From Candidatus Micrarchaeota archaeon (GTDB lineage: Archaea > Micrarchaeota > Micrarchaeia > Anstonellales > Bilamarchaeaceae), in contig JBBSVN010000007.1 of assembly GCA_038046765.1 (NCBI GenBank), positions 1-64,000 on the forward strand: DNA of 64,000 bases, written 5' to 3'. Below, one piece after another: positions 1 to 9,793 of this stretch. The translations under genes were made by a program, and so were the position numbers. The notes beneath the pieces were generated by a model, which had not been told where the DNA came from, searched no databases, and saw only the letters and a program-made list of their open reading frames with translations. Each line of letters opens with the position of its first letter. Positions within the stretch are counted from its first letter, which is position 1.

Positions 1-100
1 AATTGTTGCAGTAGCTGCATATTTCCTCTTCTTTAGAAAAGGAGGCGAAGGAGGAGCAGCTGGCAAGGGAAAATTTAAGTTTAAAGATAATTCGAACTAG
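1..100 (+). CDS. 3' end of a probable membrane-anchored surface protein (partial)
   Basis: Frame from base 2 reads IVAVAAYFLFFRKGGEGGAAGKGKFKFKDNSN*: the end of a TM helix plus a basic tail, followed by a T-rich tract. Confidence 0.6.
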   Translation, partial: IVAVAAYFLFFRKGGEGGAAGKGKFKFKDNSN

Positions 101-233
101 AATTTTGTTTTTTTCTTTATTTTTTAGTTATTTTATCTGTCTTTATTGTTTTTCATTTTTTTAGTTAAAATGAAAAATCTAGTGGATGCGTCCACTATCT
201 CTTTTTGCACACAAAAAATCTAGTCAACTGCGG

Positions 234-1070
234 TTAACTATCTTTTTTATTTTTACAAATAAAAAATCCGCTCTCTGCACTATCTACGAATTTTCCTTTC
301 ATTTTTATTTCTTCTTCTATTTCTAGTTTTATTTTCGCTAGTCCTTCTTGCCATAAATTATCTTTTGGGCTCGGGCTAAAAGCAGATTTGAAGGATTGTA
401 ATGAATCTAAATAGGGTTGAGCTTGATTTAAGATAAATTTACTTTCAAAAACTACTTTATCTATTATATTGAATGTCTTTTGCAGTTGAATTTCTGCATT
501 TTCAAGGTTAAATGCTGCTGAAAAGTTAACTGGCGGGTTGGTATTTGTAATTTCGCCTATTTTTTCTTTAAAATGATGCATTCTTTTACGATTATTTTCT
601 CCATTTGTTGCAATAACCAGAATACCATCTTTCTTCAAAACTCTTGCCCATTCCTTAAATGCTTTAGGTATGCTTGGCATATGGTAAATCATAAAAAAAG
701 AAAATACTGCATCAAAGCACTCATCTGGGAAAGGAAGCGTATCTGCACTAGCTTCTACAAATCTGATGTTTAGGTTTTCTTTTTTTGCTAGTTCTTCTGT
801 TTCTTTAAACATTCCTTTGCTTAAGTCAACTCCTACCAATTTACCCTGGTGGTCTAGATTGTGTTTTAAATAAATTAACGATTTACCTTCACCGCAACCG
901 ACATCAAGAATGTTTTCTTTGCCACTAAGTTTAAGGTGCTTTATCGCCTGTTCGCTTATGCTAATCTTGGGCGTTTGAAACTCAAAAAGTACTTGTCTTA
1001 GTCTAAGGTTTTCGGGACTAGCGTACTGGTGCTTAGCAAGAAACTCTGGGTCGGTTATGTCTGTTGGCAT
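234..1070 (-). CDS. Class I SAM-dependent methyltransferase (UbiE-like)
   Basis: ILDVGCGEG motif I, GVDLS, ADTLPFPDECFDAV, RVLKKDG; ATG at 1070 preferred. Confidence 0.9.
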   Translation of the reverse strand: MPTDITDPEFLAKHQYASPENLRLRQVLFEFQTPKISISEQAIKHLKLSGKENILDVGCGEGKSLIYLKHNLDHQGKLVGVDLSKGMFKETEELAKKENLNIRFVEASADTLPFPDECFDAVFSFFMIYHMPSIPKAFKEWARVLKKDGILVIATNGENNRKRMHHFKEKIGEITNTNPPVNFSAAFNLENAEIQLQKTFNIIDKVVFESKFILNQAQPYLDSLQSFKSAFSPSPKDNLWQEGLAKIKLEIEEEIKMKGKFVDSAESGFFICKNKKDS

Positions 1071-1167
1071 AATTAACCTACACACTATATTATTTTAAAG
1101 AGCTTTAGATATTATTAAAAAACATATATTTAATAAATATATTATTCTTATATACTTAGGTGATAAC

Positions 1168-1410
1168 ATGGCAAATGTAGTAGTAACTGTTTCGATTCCC
1201 TCTGAACTAAAAAATAAAATGAACGATTTTCCGGAAACAAACTGGTCTGAACTAATGCGGGAGTTCTTATCTCAAAAAGTTAATCGCATGGAAGTGCTAA
1301 AGCAGATGGATGAAATGCTTAAAAACAGCGAACTAACAGAAGAAGACGTTGAACGCGTTGGAAAGTTAATCAAACAGAAAGCCTGGCAAAAAACACAAAA
1401 GATGATCTAA
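1168..1410 (+). CDS. Ribbon-helix-helix/CopG-type protein, probable antitoxin
   Basis: N-terminal VTVSIPSELKNKM..NWSELMR pattern; GGTGA RBS. Confidence 0.7.
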   Translation: MANVVVTVSIPSELKNKMNDFPETNWSELMREFLSQKVNRMEVLKQMDEMLKNSELTEEDVERVGKLIKQKAWQKTQKMI

Positions 1411-1460
1411 TCCTGTTGGCATGCCAATACAAATATAAGCAATTGTGAACAAATAAACTT

Positions 1461-2030
1461 ATGAAAAATTTACTTAGTTTTAGGTTTCTAGCGTTATTAA
1501 GTGTATTCATTTTATTTTTTGGTTGTACGGGTAGTTTGAATGATTCAACAAAAGGTGTAGCAATGGATAAAAAAACTGCGAAACAAGGAGATGAAGTAAG
1601 CGTATGGTATATAGGAAGCTTTGAAAACGGGACATTATTCGATACTAATTTAAGAGATCAGGCCGTTAAAGCCGGTCTTCCAGAGCGACCAAATTATGAC
1701 TCGCTCATATTTAAAATCGGTGAAGGATCAGTAATTAAGGGTTTTGAAGATGCAGCTGTCGGCATGAAGGAAAATGAAACAAAATCTGTAAAAATACCTC
1801 CTGAAGAAGCATATGGCGCAGTACGAAAGGATCTTGTAGTTCTTGTAGATAAAAGCACTGTTCAGGATGGCGACAAATTAATTCTTAATTCAGAAGTTCA
1901 AGCTTCAAATGGGATGTACGGCAGAGTTACTAATGTAAGTGGAACTAACCTTACTTTGGATTTTAATCATCCATTGGCTGGTAAGACGCTTGTATTTACG
2001 ATTACTGTTACTAAAATAACTTCAGGATAA
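1461..2030 (+). CDS. slyD: FKBP-type peptidyl-prolyl isomerase (SlyD-like) with lipoprotein-type signal
   Basis: YIGSFENGTLFDT, IPPEEAYG, DFNHPLAGKTL; N-terminal hydrophobic stretch ending FFGC. Confidence 0.9.
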   Translation: MKNLLSFRFLALLSVFILFFGCTGSLNDSTKGVAMDKKTAKQGDEVSVWYIGSFENGTLFDTNLRDQAVKAGLPERPNYDSLIFKIGEGSVIKGFEDAAVGMKENETKSVKIPPEEAYGAVRKDLVVLVDKSTVQDGDKLILNSEVQASNGMYGRVTNVSGTNLTLDFNHPLAGKTLVFTITVTKITSG

Positions 2031-2032
2031 AA

Positions 2033-2584
2033 ATGACTAATGTTAAATTAGACTCCTGCCAGCGCTGTAATAATTGCTGTACTAATTTCGGAGTCTGTTT
2101 AACGATTTTCGATATTAGTCGGATTGCGAGAGAAACTGGCCGTAATCCTATTTCTTTTGTCGATTTAGTTGACGACTACTCACCACGCGAGCGAACTGAA
2201 CCTGCGATAATTCTAAATCATAAAAAGTATGTTCTGGTTCTTAAGCACGAGCAAAAGCAAGAGAAAGAACAAGAAAAGCGAGTTTGCACATTCTTTAAGT
2301 CTGGTGGTTGTTCGATTTATGAATCGCGACCCTATTTATGTCGAACTTATCCATTCATTCTTGACCAAACGCAAAAAGGAGAATTAAAAGATTTACAAAA
2401 TCGGGCATGCGTTGTATTTTGGTATCCAAAAGGCGAGGCTAAGGAAAAGTACGTTACTGACCTTAAAATATACTTTAAACAAATCGAAGAATATAAAAAA
2501 ATCGTTGATAAGTGGAACAACGACAAATCAAATAATTCTAAGGGGTTATCTACCTTTTTGAAGTTTGCGCTTAAAGAGATCTAG
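2033..2584 (+). CDS. YkgJ/CxxCxxCC family cysteine-cluster protein
   Basis: CQRCNNCC, CTFF, CSIYESRPYLCRTYPF. Confidence 0.85.
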   Translation: MTNVKLDSCQRCNNCCTNFGVCLTIFDISRIARETGRNPISFVDLVDDYSPRERTEPAIILNHKKYVLVLKHEQKQEKEQEKRVCTFFKSGGCSIYESRPYLCRTYPFILDQTQKGELKDLQNRACVVFWYPKGEAKEKYVTDLKIYFKQIEEYKKIVDKWNNDKSNNSKGLSTFLKFALKEI

Positions 2585-2587
2585 CGT

Positions 2588-2851
2588 TTATTCTATTTTT
2601 TCAAACGCATTCCAGACTATCGCAAATAATGCTCCTATTACTAAGCCACCGATAAATGTTCCAATTGTTAATATTAGTAATTCGACAATGTTAAGTGGGG
2701 GATATACTAGAATAGTACGAATACCATGCAATTCCATAGCATAATTAACGATAGCACCATTAGTCGCGGCAATTAAAATTCTCATAACAAAATGCAATGC
2801 TGCAAAAACAATTCCTAAACTAAGCGCTGTACGATTTATGCTTAATTTCAT
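2588..2851 (-). CDS. Small two-TM membrane protein
   Basis: Two hydrophobic segments; GGTGGT RBS. Confidence 0.65.
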   Translation of the reverse strand: MKLSINRTALSLGIVFAALHFVMRILIAATNGAIVNYAMELHGIRTILVYPPLNIVELLILTIGTFIGGLVIGALFAIVWNAFEKIE

Positions 2852-2885
2852 TTTTACCACCAGGAATGGTTTTACAAGAAAAAGA

Positions 2886-3923
2886 TTAAATAAGTTTCAT
2901 TTGTGTAATTTCGGATAAACTTTCGATATCGAACTTAGGGAAAAACATCATCGTTGTTGCTCCTGTTTCTCTTTCGATTATTTCATATTCAAATCTTTTA
3001 GTTAGCCTTTGCTGCATAGATTCTAATAATTGTGCAAGGTATGTTCCTTCTTTCACATCATTCGCTTCAATTTTTAGCCCGACACCAGAAAACTTATAGG
3101 GTAAATCTTTAGGCATAAGTTGATTAAAAGTAGTGCTGGTTCTAATGTTTGGCTCTAATCTTATTGTTATATCTGCAATCCTTCCATTAATTCTAAGATC
3201 CTCAAACTTATTAATAAATACGCGATCCTTTTCTCCTGTTCCCCCTAAAAAATTGATTAGGGTCTCAAAGCTGTCATTACTCTCTTCTCTTCCCAAATTT
3301 CCGAAGTCTGGAAGAAGGTCGTAAAGTTTCCTCTTATCAACTCCACTTGAATCATGAACTAATTTACATATATCTTCAAACTTTTTGCATTCATTTGCAA
3401 GCTCCCTGCATAAATCTAATCTATCTGGAGCTTCTGCTAATCGAGCAACTAGAATATCGATTCTCACTCTTAATTCTCTTGAGAGAGTAATAGCTTTTTC
3501 TAGTTTTTCATCATTGTAAAGGGTTTTATCAAATTTTTTCCCTCTTCTTTCACAATCCTTTTCGTATTCTGTTAACTGCACCTCTTCTTTTTCGAAAACT
3601 GTTTCGATATGTTCAATGCCTTCCCTGATTTTTCTTACATTATCTATGTTTACAATTGCAAGTATTAGTGATCCTATTGTTTGGTACACATGTTTAAATA
3701 ACTCTACTCTAGCTAGTTTTAATTTTTCTTCATCTAATTTTAAACTTCCAGAAGAAACTTTATCAAAAAGATCTTTGTTTACTGGAAATAAAAGCATAAC
3801 TGTAGAAAACGATTTTGCTTGCGAAGTTAGCGCATCAACAAGCGGGCTTTTGCCACCTATTTCTGTTCTAAGCAAACCTAAAGAGGATACTGTCCTAGTA
3901 CTTGGGGCTACTATTTCTTTCAT
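2886..3923 (-). CDS. Hypothetical coiled-coil-rich protein
   Basis: 345-aa ORF, no recognised motif; TATA-like box about 25-30 nt upstream. Confidence 0.65.
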   Translation of the reverse strand: MKEIVAPSTRTVSSLGLLRTEIGGKSPLVDALTSQAKSFSTVMLLFPVNKDLFDKVSSGSLKLDEEKLKLARVELFKHVYQTIGSLILAIVNIDNVRKIREGIEHIETVFEKEEVQLTEYEKDCERRGKKFDKTLYNDEKLEKAITLSRELRVRIDILVARLAEAPDRLDLCRELANECKKFEDICKLVHDSSGVDKRKLYDLLPDFGNLGREESNDSFETLINFLGGTGEKDRVFINKFEDLRINGRIADITIRLEPNIRTSTTFNQLMPKDLPYKFSGVGLKIEANDVKEGTYLAQLLESMQQRLTKRFEYEIIERETGATTMMFFPKFDIESLSEITQMKLI

Positions 3924-4088
3924 AATCTATCTTTTGTGGGATTGTGTTTATAATCCTTTCTTTTACATAAAAAGAAACAGAATTAGCGGGAACTTAACAT
4001 TTTCCGATAGATAATTGATGTGTAAACATTTTTTTGTACATAAAGAATAAGGAATTATATTAAATACTTAGCTTAAGCTACTTTTACT

Positions 4089-4727
4089 ATGCGCATCTTA
4101 GCTTTGTTTTTCTTAGTCGTTTTGTTATTTGGTTGTATAAATAATCAAATCTCAACTGAAAAAATCGAACCAAAAGTTAGCTCTAAGCAACCCATTGAAA
4201 AAGAAAAACTACAAGACACCGATTCGATAAATGACACTAATATAACAGTTCAAGAAGAGAAAACTAACGCATCTGCAAACAAAAATAATCCTAATAATTC
4301 TATTAATTTTACAATCGAAAAATCAGTGCAAATAAATAATCAAACGATAAATCAAACACCTGCGAAAGTCGCTCCAAAAATAATCAATGGAAAAAAATTA
4401 GAAGAACGGCTAAAAGAAGCATCAGATCGGTTACACACCCAAGGTTCTGGATCAGCCGTGCGATCGGATTTTGATGACCTTGCTTTAGTTTATACTGATT
4501 ACGCACAAGGTAAAAGTTTTCCACCTATGATACTTCCTTTTAGGTATTACTATAGCGAAGAAGCAAATATTACATTTAATATATGTGCAATCGAATACAC
4601 TGTTTTTATCTGCAAAGGAAAACTCGAACGAGTGATAAATTCTGATGAATTTAACAATGGCCGATGCGAAGTATCACCTGTTTATACTGGCGGAAATGGA
4701 GGCGGGTACGGTTATGGATATAATTAG
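4089..4727 (+). CDS. Putative lipoprotein
   Basis: Signal ending LLFGC, N/T-rich linker, Gly/Tyr-rich tail. Confidence 0.7.
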   Translation: MRILALFFLVVLLFGCINNQISTEKIEPKVSSKQPIEKEKLQDTDSINDTNITVQEEKTNASANKNNPNNSINFTIEKSVQINNQTINQTPAKVAPKIINGKKLEERLKEASDRLHTQGSGSAVRSDFDDLALVYTDYAQGKSFPPMILPFRYYYSEEANITFNICAIEYTVFICKGKLERVINSDEFNNGRCEVSPVYTGGNGGGYGYGYN

Positions 4728-5235
4728 TAAAATCAAAAATACGGAGCAAGCGTTGCAAGAAGTATTCTCAAACTTGCGCTACCAGGTCATAACTACTTTG
4801 CTTACTTTTCTAATTTTCACCTTTGTTGTATTGCTTCCAGTAGGCCGATTTAACGAACGGGCGCTCTATTACCAGCTAATATCTTTAGATAAACTAGCTT
4901 TACTAAGTATGTTTTTCTTTTCGGTTGTATTCGCAGTCTCATTTTCTATGAATATTTATCTATTTACAAAAAAACATTTATCAAAGAAAAAGACTTTTGT
5001 ATCCGGACTATTTTCCCTATTATCTGCATTTGGTGCAACTATTTTTGGAAGTTCAGCATGCCTAGCTTGTTTATCGCTCTTAATTGGGTTTGTGGGTCTA
5101 CCATTTATATCATCCATTCTAATCTATCAAAAGCAGCTTTTTGTTATTTCTGCAATTGTATCGCTCATTTCAGTTTATCTAACTTCAAAAGCAATTATAG
5201 AAGAAAAAACCTGTAAGGTTTGTAAGGTAAGATAG
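4714..5235 (+). CDS. Multi-pass membrane protein with CxxC motifs
   Basis: About 4-5 TM segments, intramembrane CLAC and C-terminal CKVC; overlaps upstream stop codon. Confidence 0.65.
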   Translation: MDIISKIKNTEQALQEVFSNLRYQVITTLLTFLIFTFVVLLPVGRFNERALYYQLISLDKLALLSMFFFSVVFAVSFSMNIYLFTKKHLSKKKTFVSGLFSLLSAFGATIFGSSACLACLSLLIGFVGLPFISSILIYQKQLFVISAIVSLISVYLTSKAIIEEKTCKVCKVR

Positions 5236-5250
5236 AATAAGATAAATATT

Positions 5251-5347
5251 TGCTCCATCCGGGATTTGAACCCGGGTGGCTGGATTGAAAGTCCAGAATC
5301 CTGTCGGTTTGCAGTTTCCTGCATTGACCGGGCTAGATTAATGAAGC
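5251..5347 (-). tRNA. tRNA-Glu(UUC) with a 22-nt D-loop intron (5303-5324)
   Basis: Acceptor GCTTCAT/ATGGAGC; anticodon arm CTGGA-CTTTCAA-TCCAG; T arm CCGGG-TTCAAAT-CCCGG. A BHB-like fold (CGGT/ACCG, bulges CAA and ACA) restores the D-loop AGCCCGGTCAA. CCA not encoded. Confidence 0.93.
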
Positions 5348-5388
5348 AAGCTAAGCTTATAGCATAATAACTGTTGTTTAGAAAGATA

Positions 5389-5919
5389 TTAAACTGTTCT
5401 TGATTGTCTAGTTTTTGTTACATACTGCATAGTTAAGGCAATAAGTGTATTAGTGCCGTTCTTTTTAATATAATCTAGGGTATCATTATCTATAGTTACA
5501 TTTCTATCAAGTAACAACTTGAAAAGTTCTTTATTAGATAACATAACTGCGATTTTAATAGGTGTTAAATTTTGTTCATTAGGTTCATTGATCTTTGAAC
5601 CATTTAATAAAAGCAATTTCGCTGCCTTTATTCTCCCAAAAAGGCAGGCGTAATGAAATGCACTATTGCCATAATGATCTTTTTGATGAATATCTATTCC
5701 ACGTCCTAAAATTTCGTTTAAAGTGTCCAAATCTCCTTTTTTTGCAGCCCTAATTAATCGGATGTTCTGATCTAATAATATTTTATTATTTAAAATTCTG
5801 CCAAAAGGTATTGGAAATTTGGGTGCAGAATCTGATCTTGGAGCGTAACTGACCCGAGTTATTCCTCTTTGATCCGTGCATTGGATCTGTGCAAAATGCG
5901 TTCGTCTTCCTATATTCAT
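5389..5919 (-). CDS. Ankyrin-repeat protein
   Basis: LIRAAKKGDLDTLNEILGRGIDIH, GNSAFHYACLFG, LTPIKIAV. Confidence 0.85.
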   Translation of the reverse strand: MNIGRRTHFAQIQCTDQRGITRVSYAPRSDSAPKFPIPFGRILNNKILLDQNIRLIRAAKKGDLDTLNEILGRGIDIHQKDHYGNSAFHYACLFGRIKAAKLLLLNGSKINEPNEQNLTPIKIAVMLSNKELFKLLLDRNVTIDNDTLDYIKKNGTNTLIALTMQYVTKTRQSRTV

Positions 5920-5986
5920 AATTTATATAAGAAGCGAACAGTTTAAAAACATTCTTAACCATTAATTATAATGAAATTAATAAAAA

Positions 5987-6550
5987 CTAAAATAATTCCA
6001 GAAGCTGTTTCTGAACAATCTCTATACTTTTACTCGCATCGATCTTAATCCAGTTTTTACATAATAATTTGTCATTAGCTAAATTAAGGAAATGCCCTCT
6101 AACTTCTTCCAAATATTTTACATTTTCTTCATACCGGTCAAGTTGTTTTTGTTTACTTTTCCTTTCGTGTGAAGTTTTGCCATCAATATCTAATAAAATT
6201 ACTTTGTCTGGTTTTAGGAATTTAGCACTTTCCACTAGTCTTTTAGCTTGCTCATAAGTAAATGCATCAAATTCGTATGAAATTGTTGAAAATACATAAC
6301 GATCTAAAAGAACGATTTTACCTTGTTTTAGAAGTTCTGCTATTTTCTTCTGCTCTTCTGCAATATCTGCTAAAAATAAAAGAAACAGTGCTTTTCTATC
6401 TAGTTCGATTCGTTTTTCCAGGTAATCATTAAGGATAGAAAACTTGCGAGTTGGATATTTGAAAACTACTAACTCGGGAAATTTTTGTTTTAAAAGTTCG
6501 ATTTGAGTTCCTTTTCCGCAACCATCCAGTCCTTCTATTACAATAAGCAT
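5987..6550 (-). CDS. tmk: Thymidylate kinase
   Basis: IEGLDGCGKGTQ P-loop, LDRYVFSTISY. Confidence 0.92.
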   Translation of the reverse strand: MLIVIEGLDGCGKGTQIELLKQKFPELVVFKYPTRKFSILNDYLEKRIELDRKALFLLFLADIAEEQKKIAELLKQGKIVLLDRYVFSTISYEFDAFTYEQAKRLVESAKFLKPDKVILLDIDGKTSHERKSKQKQLDRYEENVKYLEEVRGHFLNLANDKLLCKNWIKIDASKSIEIVQKQLLELF

Positions 6551-6575
6551 AAATTATAATACTCTGCTAAGCATT

Positions 6576-7490
6576 TTAACTATTGTCCTCTTTGTATTTC
6601 GCTATTGTCTCTTTCATAATTTCTCTTAATGCGATTGGAATTTTTGTTTTATTAGCTACTTTTGTTGCTGATTTTAATTCTCCTGCTTCTGCTGCTTTTT
6701 TTACAAATTCAACTGCTATCTCTTCTTTGACAATTTGAGGCATATCATATCTTAGAAATATTATTAGTTTGCTTATTAATTGTGGGGAATAAGATTCTTT
6801 TAAATAAATCTTTGAATAAATTCTTGCCGCTTTAATCCTGTGTTCTAATGGAGCATATTTGTTTTCTGCGATTTCTAAAAGCTTGTCTTTACGTTCTGCT
6901 TCTTTTGAAACTTCTAACAAGCTTTCAAAAAGCAGATTTAATTTTTCTCTTGCAGCAGAAATTACTTCTTGTTTAATTTTTAAAGACGGTTCTAAATTTG
7001 CATAATATGCCACGATTCTATACTCCTTGCTGGTAGCTTCTTTGATAATAACCAAGGCTTCTCTTGACTGTGCTTCTAATCTGTATACTTCCTCCTTTTG
7101 TTTTGCTTCTTGGACTAGTCTAGCATACTCTGCCGAATAAGGTAAAACTTCCGCTCTTTTAATTTGATTGACTAGTTTTTCTGTAGTTTCGTCTATAATT
7201 TGATCTACTCTCTCTCCAGAAATTCCAAATTGTTCTCCGATCTGTTTGTGAGTAAGATTATTTCTTTCTAATCCTAGGCCTTTTGCTATAATTGCATTAT
7301 TTCTATCAGAAATTTCTTTCCCCATTGTAATTAATCCTAGTCTTTGTTTTATCGCTAGTAATTCTTCAGGGTCTAAATTATGTAAATTATCTTTTGCTAT
7401 TGCCTCAAGAATAGGAGCACAGCCAGTAAACTTGGGTCTTATTTGAACCCATACATCATCTCTCTCTTTTGTAGGTCTTCGACTAGCCAT
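6576..7490 (-). CDS. Hypothetical protein with sigma70 region-4-like HTH
   Basis: GLGLERNNLTHKQIGEQFGISGERVDQI resembles the RpoD region-4 consensus; ATG at 7490 follows a TATA-like box. Confidence 0.6.
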   Translation of the reverse strand: MASRRPTKERDDVWVQIRPKFTGCAPILEAIAKDNLHNLDPEELLAIKQRLGLITMGKEISDRNNAIIAKGLGLERNNLTHKQIGEQFGISGERVDQIIDETTEKLVNQIKRAEVLPYSAEYARLVQEAKQKEEVYRLEAQSREALVIIKEATSKEYRIVAYYANLEPSLKIKQEVISAAREKLNLLFESLLEVSKEAERKDKLLEIAENKYAPLEHRIKAARIYSKIYLKESYSPQLISKLIIFLRYDMPQIVKEEIAVEFVKKAAEAGELKSATKVANKTKIPIALREIMKETIAKYKEDNS

Positions 7491-7591
7491 ACAAATATTA
7501 TACACAAATATATTTAAAAAACCACATGTAATGTAACAAAACATCCGCATCTAATAAAAACCCTTCTTGTCACTAATAATAAGGTGTTCAA

Positions 7592-8488
7592 TTGGACCTA
7601 ATTTCAATAAGAGATCTGGAAAAGAAAGATATTGAAAAGATTTTATTTACTGCCGAAACTTTTGAAAAAGGCAAGATAAATCGCTACGAAGGAAAAATCC
7701 TTGCTACTCTATTTTTTGAAGCGTCTACACGTACAAGAATGAGTTTCCAATCTGCTTGTATTAAGCTAGGTATGAATTATATTGACCTAGCCCCTGAAGC
7801 AAGCTCGCTTAAAAAAGGTGAAAGCTTTGTTGACACGATAAAAGTCGTAAGCGGTTACTCTGATTTACTAGTTGTAAGACACCCTAAAGAAGGCTCAGCT
7901 AGGCTTGCAGCCGATGTTTCTAAAGTTCCGGTAATAAACGGAGGAGATGGTGGAAATCAGCATCCCACTCAGACACTAATCGACTTATACACGATAAAAA
8001 AGAGTAAAGGAAAATTACAAGGGTTAAATGTAACTTTAGTTGGCGATCTAAAGCATGCGCGAACTATGCAGTCTTTGGTTTATGCCTTAGGGATGTTTGG
8101 TTCAAATCTTACTTTAATTTCTCCCCCTGGGCTCGAGCTTGATAAGCATCTTGTAGACGAGATCGAAAACAAGTTCAAAATAAAAATAAAAACCAAAAAC
8201 GAACTTGACATAAAAGATGCTGATGTCGTTTACATGTGCAGAGTCCAAGAAGAACGCTTTGCTGACCCATATGAAGCAAAACGCGTAAAGGGTCAGTTTA
8301 CACTAAAAGCAGAGCACTTAAAAGATGCGAAACAGGATATGATTGTAATGAACCCATTACCTAGAATGAGTGAAATTCCTGTTGAAATTGACGAGACTAA
8401 AAATGCGAGATACTTCGAGCAGGCTCATTATGGCGTTCCAGTTAGGATGGCGGTAATTGATTATGTTTTAAGTAAATCAGGTGTTTAA
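7592..8488 (+). CDS. pyrB: Aspartate carbamoyltransferase, catalytic subunit
   Basis: FFEASTRTRMSF, NGGDGGNQHPTQ, RVQEERF; TTG start. Confidence 0.97.
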   Translation: MDLISIRDLEKKDIEKILFTAETFEKGKINRYEGKILATLFFEASTRTRMSFQSACIKLGMNYIDLAPEASSLKKGESFVDTIKVVSGYSDLLVVRHPKEGSARLAADVSKVPVINGGDGGNQHPTQTLIDLYTIKKSKGKLQGLNVTLVGDLKHARTMQSLVYALGMFGSNLTLISPPGLELDKHLVDEIENKFKIKIKTKNELDIKDADVVYMCRVQEERFADPYEAKRVKGQFTLKAEHLKDAKQDMIVMNPLPRMSEIPVEIDETKNARYFEQAHYGVPVRMAVIDYVLSKSGV

Positions 8489-8489
8489 T

Positions 8490-8921
8490 ATGATTAAGAT
8501 TGAACCAATTGAAAACGGAACAGTAGTTGATCACATTAGATCCGGTAAAGGAAAAAAAGTTCTTGAAATTCTTGGAATTGGTGAAGCTTATCCTGGCAGG
8601 GTTGCATTAATGATAAATGTTCCAAGTAAAAAACTTGGAAAAAAAGATATTGTTAAAATCGAAGGCAAAGAAGTTTCTGAAAAACTAGCAAATATGATTG
8701 CGTTAATATCTGACAAATCCTCAATAAATATAATTAAATCAGGCAAGGTTTGTGAAAAAAGAGATGTTTCTTTACCAACTGAATTATCTGGAATAGGGAT
8801 TTGTCCTAATCCAAACTGTGTTACAAACTATGAAAATGCTGTTAAAAAATTTAAGATGCAACAAGAATATTATTGTTGTCATTATTGCGAGCGTGCTTTT
8901 AAAGCCGAAGAATTATTGTAA
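8490..8921 (+). CDS. pyrI: Aspartate carbamoyltransferase, regulatory subunit
   Basis: IENGTVVDHI, KKDIVKIEG, CPNPNC..CHYCE zinc site. Confidence 0.96.
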   Translation: MIKIEPIENGTVVDHIRSGKGKKVLEILGIGEAYPGRVALMINVPSKKLGKKDIVKIEGKEVSEKLANMIALISDKSSINIIKSGKVCEKRDVSLPTELSGIGICPNPNCVTNYENAVKKFKMQQEYYCCHYCERAFKAEELL

Positions 8922-8932
8922 GGTGTCGTAGC

Positions 8933-9793
8933 ATGAAACTTGTTTCTCCAAATTTTGCCGATTTACTTTCTCCAAATATTGAAATAAAAAGATTTCCTGA
9001 TGGCGATAGTTATGTAAGAATTCCGAATCTCGAAGCTTATAGGGATAAAGATGTAACAATTTTTCATCGGCTTTATCCGCAACCTGATGTTTCTATTTTA
9101 CAAACGCTTTTTATGCTAAATTCTTTGCATGCAGTTAATGCCAGTACTACTCTGGTTGCTCCTTATTTACCTTACGCAAGGCAGGATAAAATCTTTCTTG
9201 AGGGCGAAGTCAAAAGCGCAGATATAATTTGTAGCTTACTCGCATCAGCAGGGTTAAAAAAACTGATAACTTTTAACTGCCATTTTATGAAAAAAGAAGG
9301 AGAAATTGAAAATCAGGGTCTTAAAATAAAAAATATTTCATTTGCAGAGCAACTAATAGAACATGCTAAGAAAAAATTTGATAATAAGAAATTTGATATA
9401 ATTGCTCCAGATAAGGGTGCGCTCTATTTAGTTGAAAAGTTTGGCGGTAAAGCTATGGAAAAAGTTCGGGGAGGTTATGTCAAAGGGGATGTCGCACACA
9501 GAGCTATTTCAAAGATGGTCGCTGATTTCGAATTAAAAGAAAAAAATGTCTTAATTGTTGACGATATGATTTCGGGAGGCGGAACAATGATCGAAGCTTG
9601 TAAAGTCCTTCGTGAGATGGGTGCCAAAAAAATATTTTGTGCTGCAACCCATGGGTTTTTCCTAAATGATGCTCTTTTAAAATTAAACGAAGTTTGTGAT
9701 GGCGTTTTTGTCAGTAATTCAATACCTTCGCCTGTTTCAGAAGTAGATATATTGCAGGAACTTAAAAATCAAAAGGTCATTGATCATGGCTGA
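8933..9793 (+). CDS. prs: Ribose-phosphate pyrophosphokinase
   Basis: FPDGDSYVRI, PYLPYARQDK, APDKGA, IVDDMISGGGT. Confidence 0.95.
   Translation: MKLVSPNFADLLSPNIEIKRFPDGDSYVRIPNLEAYRDKDVTIFHRLYPQPDVSILQTLFMLNSLHAVNASTTLVAPYLPYARQDKIFLEGEVKSADIICSLLASAGLKKLITFNCHFMKKEGEIENQGLKIKNISFAEQLIEHAKKKFDNKKFDIIAPDKGALYLVEKFGGKAMEKVRGGYVKGDVAHRAISKMVADFELKEKNVLIVDDMISGGGTMIEACKVLREMGAKKIFCAATHGFFLNDALLKLNEVCDGVFVSNSIPSPVSEVDILQELKNQKVIDHG

Noticed and set aside
101..200. T-rich tract and small hairpin TAGTGGA-TGCG-TCCACTA
   Set aside because: Consistent with ordinary termination between convergent genes.
1061..1422. 10-bp direct repeat CTGTTGGCAT around the RHH gene as a target-site duplication
   Set aside because: It is short enough to arise by chance, and one copy is simply the start of the methyltransferase gene.
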